From Eledone cirrhosa (Eukaryota), in assembly GCA_964016885.1 (NCBI GenBank), contig OZ024743.1:167152001-167216000 (forward strand): a DNA stretch of 64,000 nucleotides. The letters are read 5' to 3'. The notes under the pieces are model-generated. The model ran no database searches and was not told the DNA's origin. It saw only the letters and a list, made by a program, of their open reading frames with translations. Both the position numbers and the translations under genes were made by a program. Positions 63,279 through 64,000 of the stretch are shown piece after piece. Numbering within the stretch: the first letter of the stretch is position 1; the number at the start of each line of letters is the position of its first letter.

Positions 63279-63593
63279 TACTCACATGTCGCTTCTTTTA
63301 AACACTCAGATAAACGAACATCAACGGCCCTCGCAAGTAAGGTATGGGATCTCAAGGATAGTAATATCCCGTACTCTATTGATTGGTCTATATTAGACCA
63401 TTCGAGGGAGTACCAAAGGGGCACAAAGAATTGTTCTTTGTGTACCACAGAAAAGTATAGGATTTTGCTAAACTTGAGAGACACTTCCGCTTGCCTTAAC
63501 TCTAAGACTGAGATCTTCAGATGCTGTCCTCATCTGAAATCGCATCTGATCTGTAACTGGATTGACACTCCTACGATAAATCAACCGCCTTGA
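63279..63593 (+). pseudogene. C-terminal half of a GIY-YIG endonuclease from another PLE family (Nematis-like), 5'-truncated
   Basis: Hand translation (not in track): [61 protein letters not shown]...LNSKTEIFRCCPH...PP*. Confidence 0.75.
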
Positions 63594-63759
63594 ACTCCTT
63601 CTCTGCTCTTTACTTTTGCTACGGCTTTTATTTTGCTGCTTCTACCTTCTGTACTCTTGTATTTTAAAAAAAAAATGTTCTCCCTTACCTCCCCTTATAT
63701 TTTTACCTCCTCTTAGCCCTCCCCCCATATATTCTTTTTGTTTTGCCCTTCACATACCT

Positions 63760-63908
63760 ATGTGTATGTGTATGTATTTGTGTGTGTATATATGTATATG
63801 TGTACGTATATGTTTGTGTATGTATATATATGTGTATGTATGTATGTATATGTATGTATGTATGTGTATATATGTGTATGTATATATGTCTGTATATATA
63901 TATATATA

Positions 63909-63954
<46 letters not shown>

Positions 63955-64000
63955 CGTGTCTGTATGTGTGTATATATTTGTATATTTGTGTGTGTATATG
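63760..64000. repeat. (TATG)/(TG)/(TA) low-complexity repeat
   Basis: Directly visible. Confidence 0.9.

Overview
AT-rich, repeat-dense animal genomic DNA; a mollusc/cephalopod origin is inferred from the SINE, RTE and microsatellite content, not proven. Positions 15313-37574 (+) hold seven hand-spliced exons encoding the C-terminal half of a calpain-15/SOL-like protease. Its introns are filled with RTE, CR1 and CRE-type LINEs, maT/mariner and piggyBac transposons, MITEs and two tRNA-derived SINE families. From about 43.4 kb onward is a nest of Penelope-like elements (PLEs) in multi-kb (TA)n tracts. The main family is very young, with an intact 1210-aa RT + GIY-YIG ORF containing a long Asn-rich insert, and is present as two head-to-head inverted composites; fragments of at least two other PLE families are also present. 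The most notable signals are: (i) three unrelated type-I hammerhead ribozyme motifs, two in non-coding inverted-repeat elements (12868-14621 and 60208-60763) that share the PLE architecture; (ii) all main-family 3' ends stop at TA microhomologies 26-84 nt into their own ORF; (iii) a predicted in-frame intron over the PLE ORF start. Boundaries of degraded elements are approximate, and RNA structures were folded by eye, not computed.
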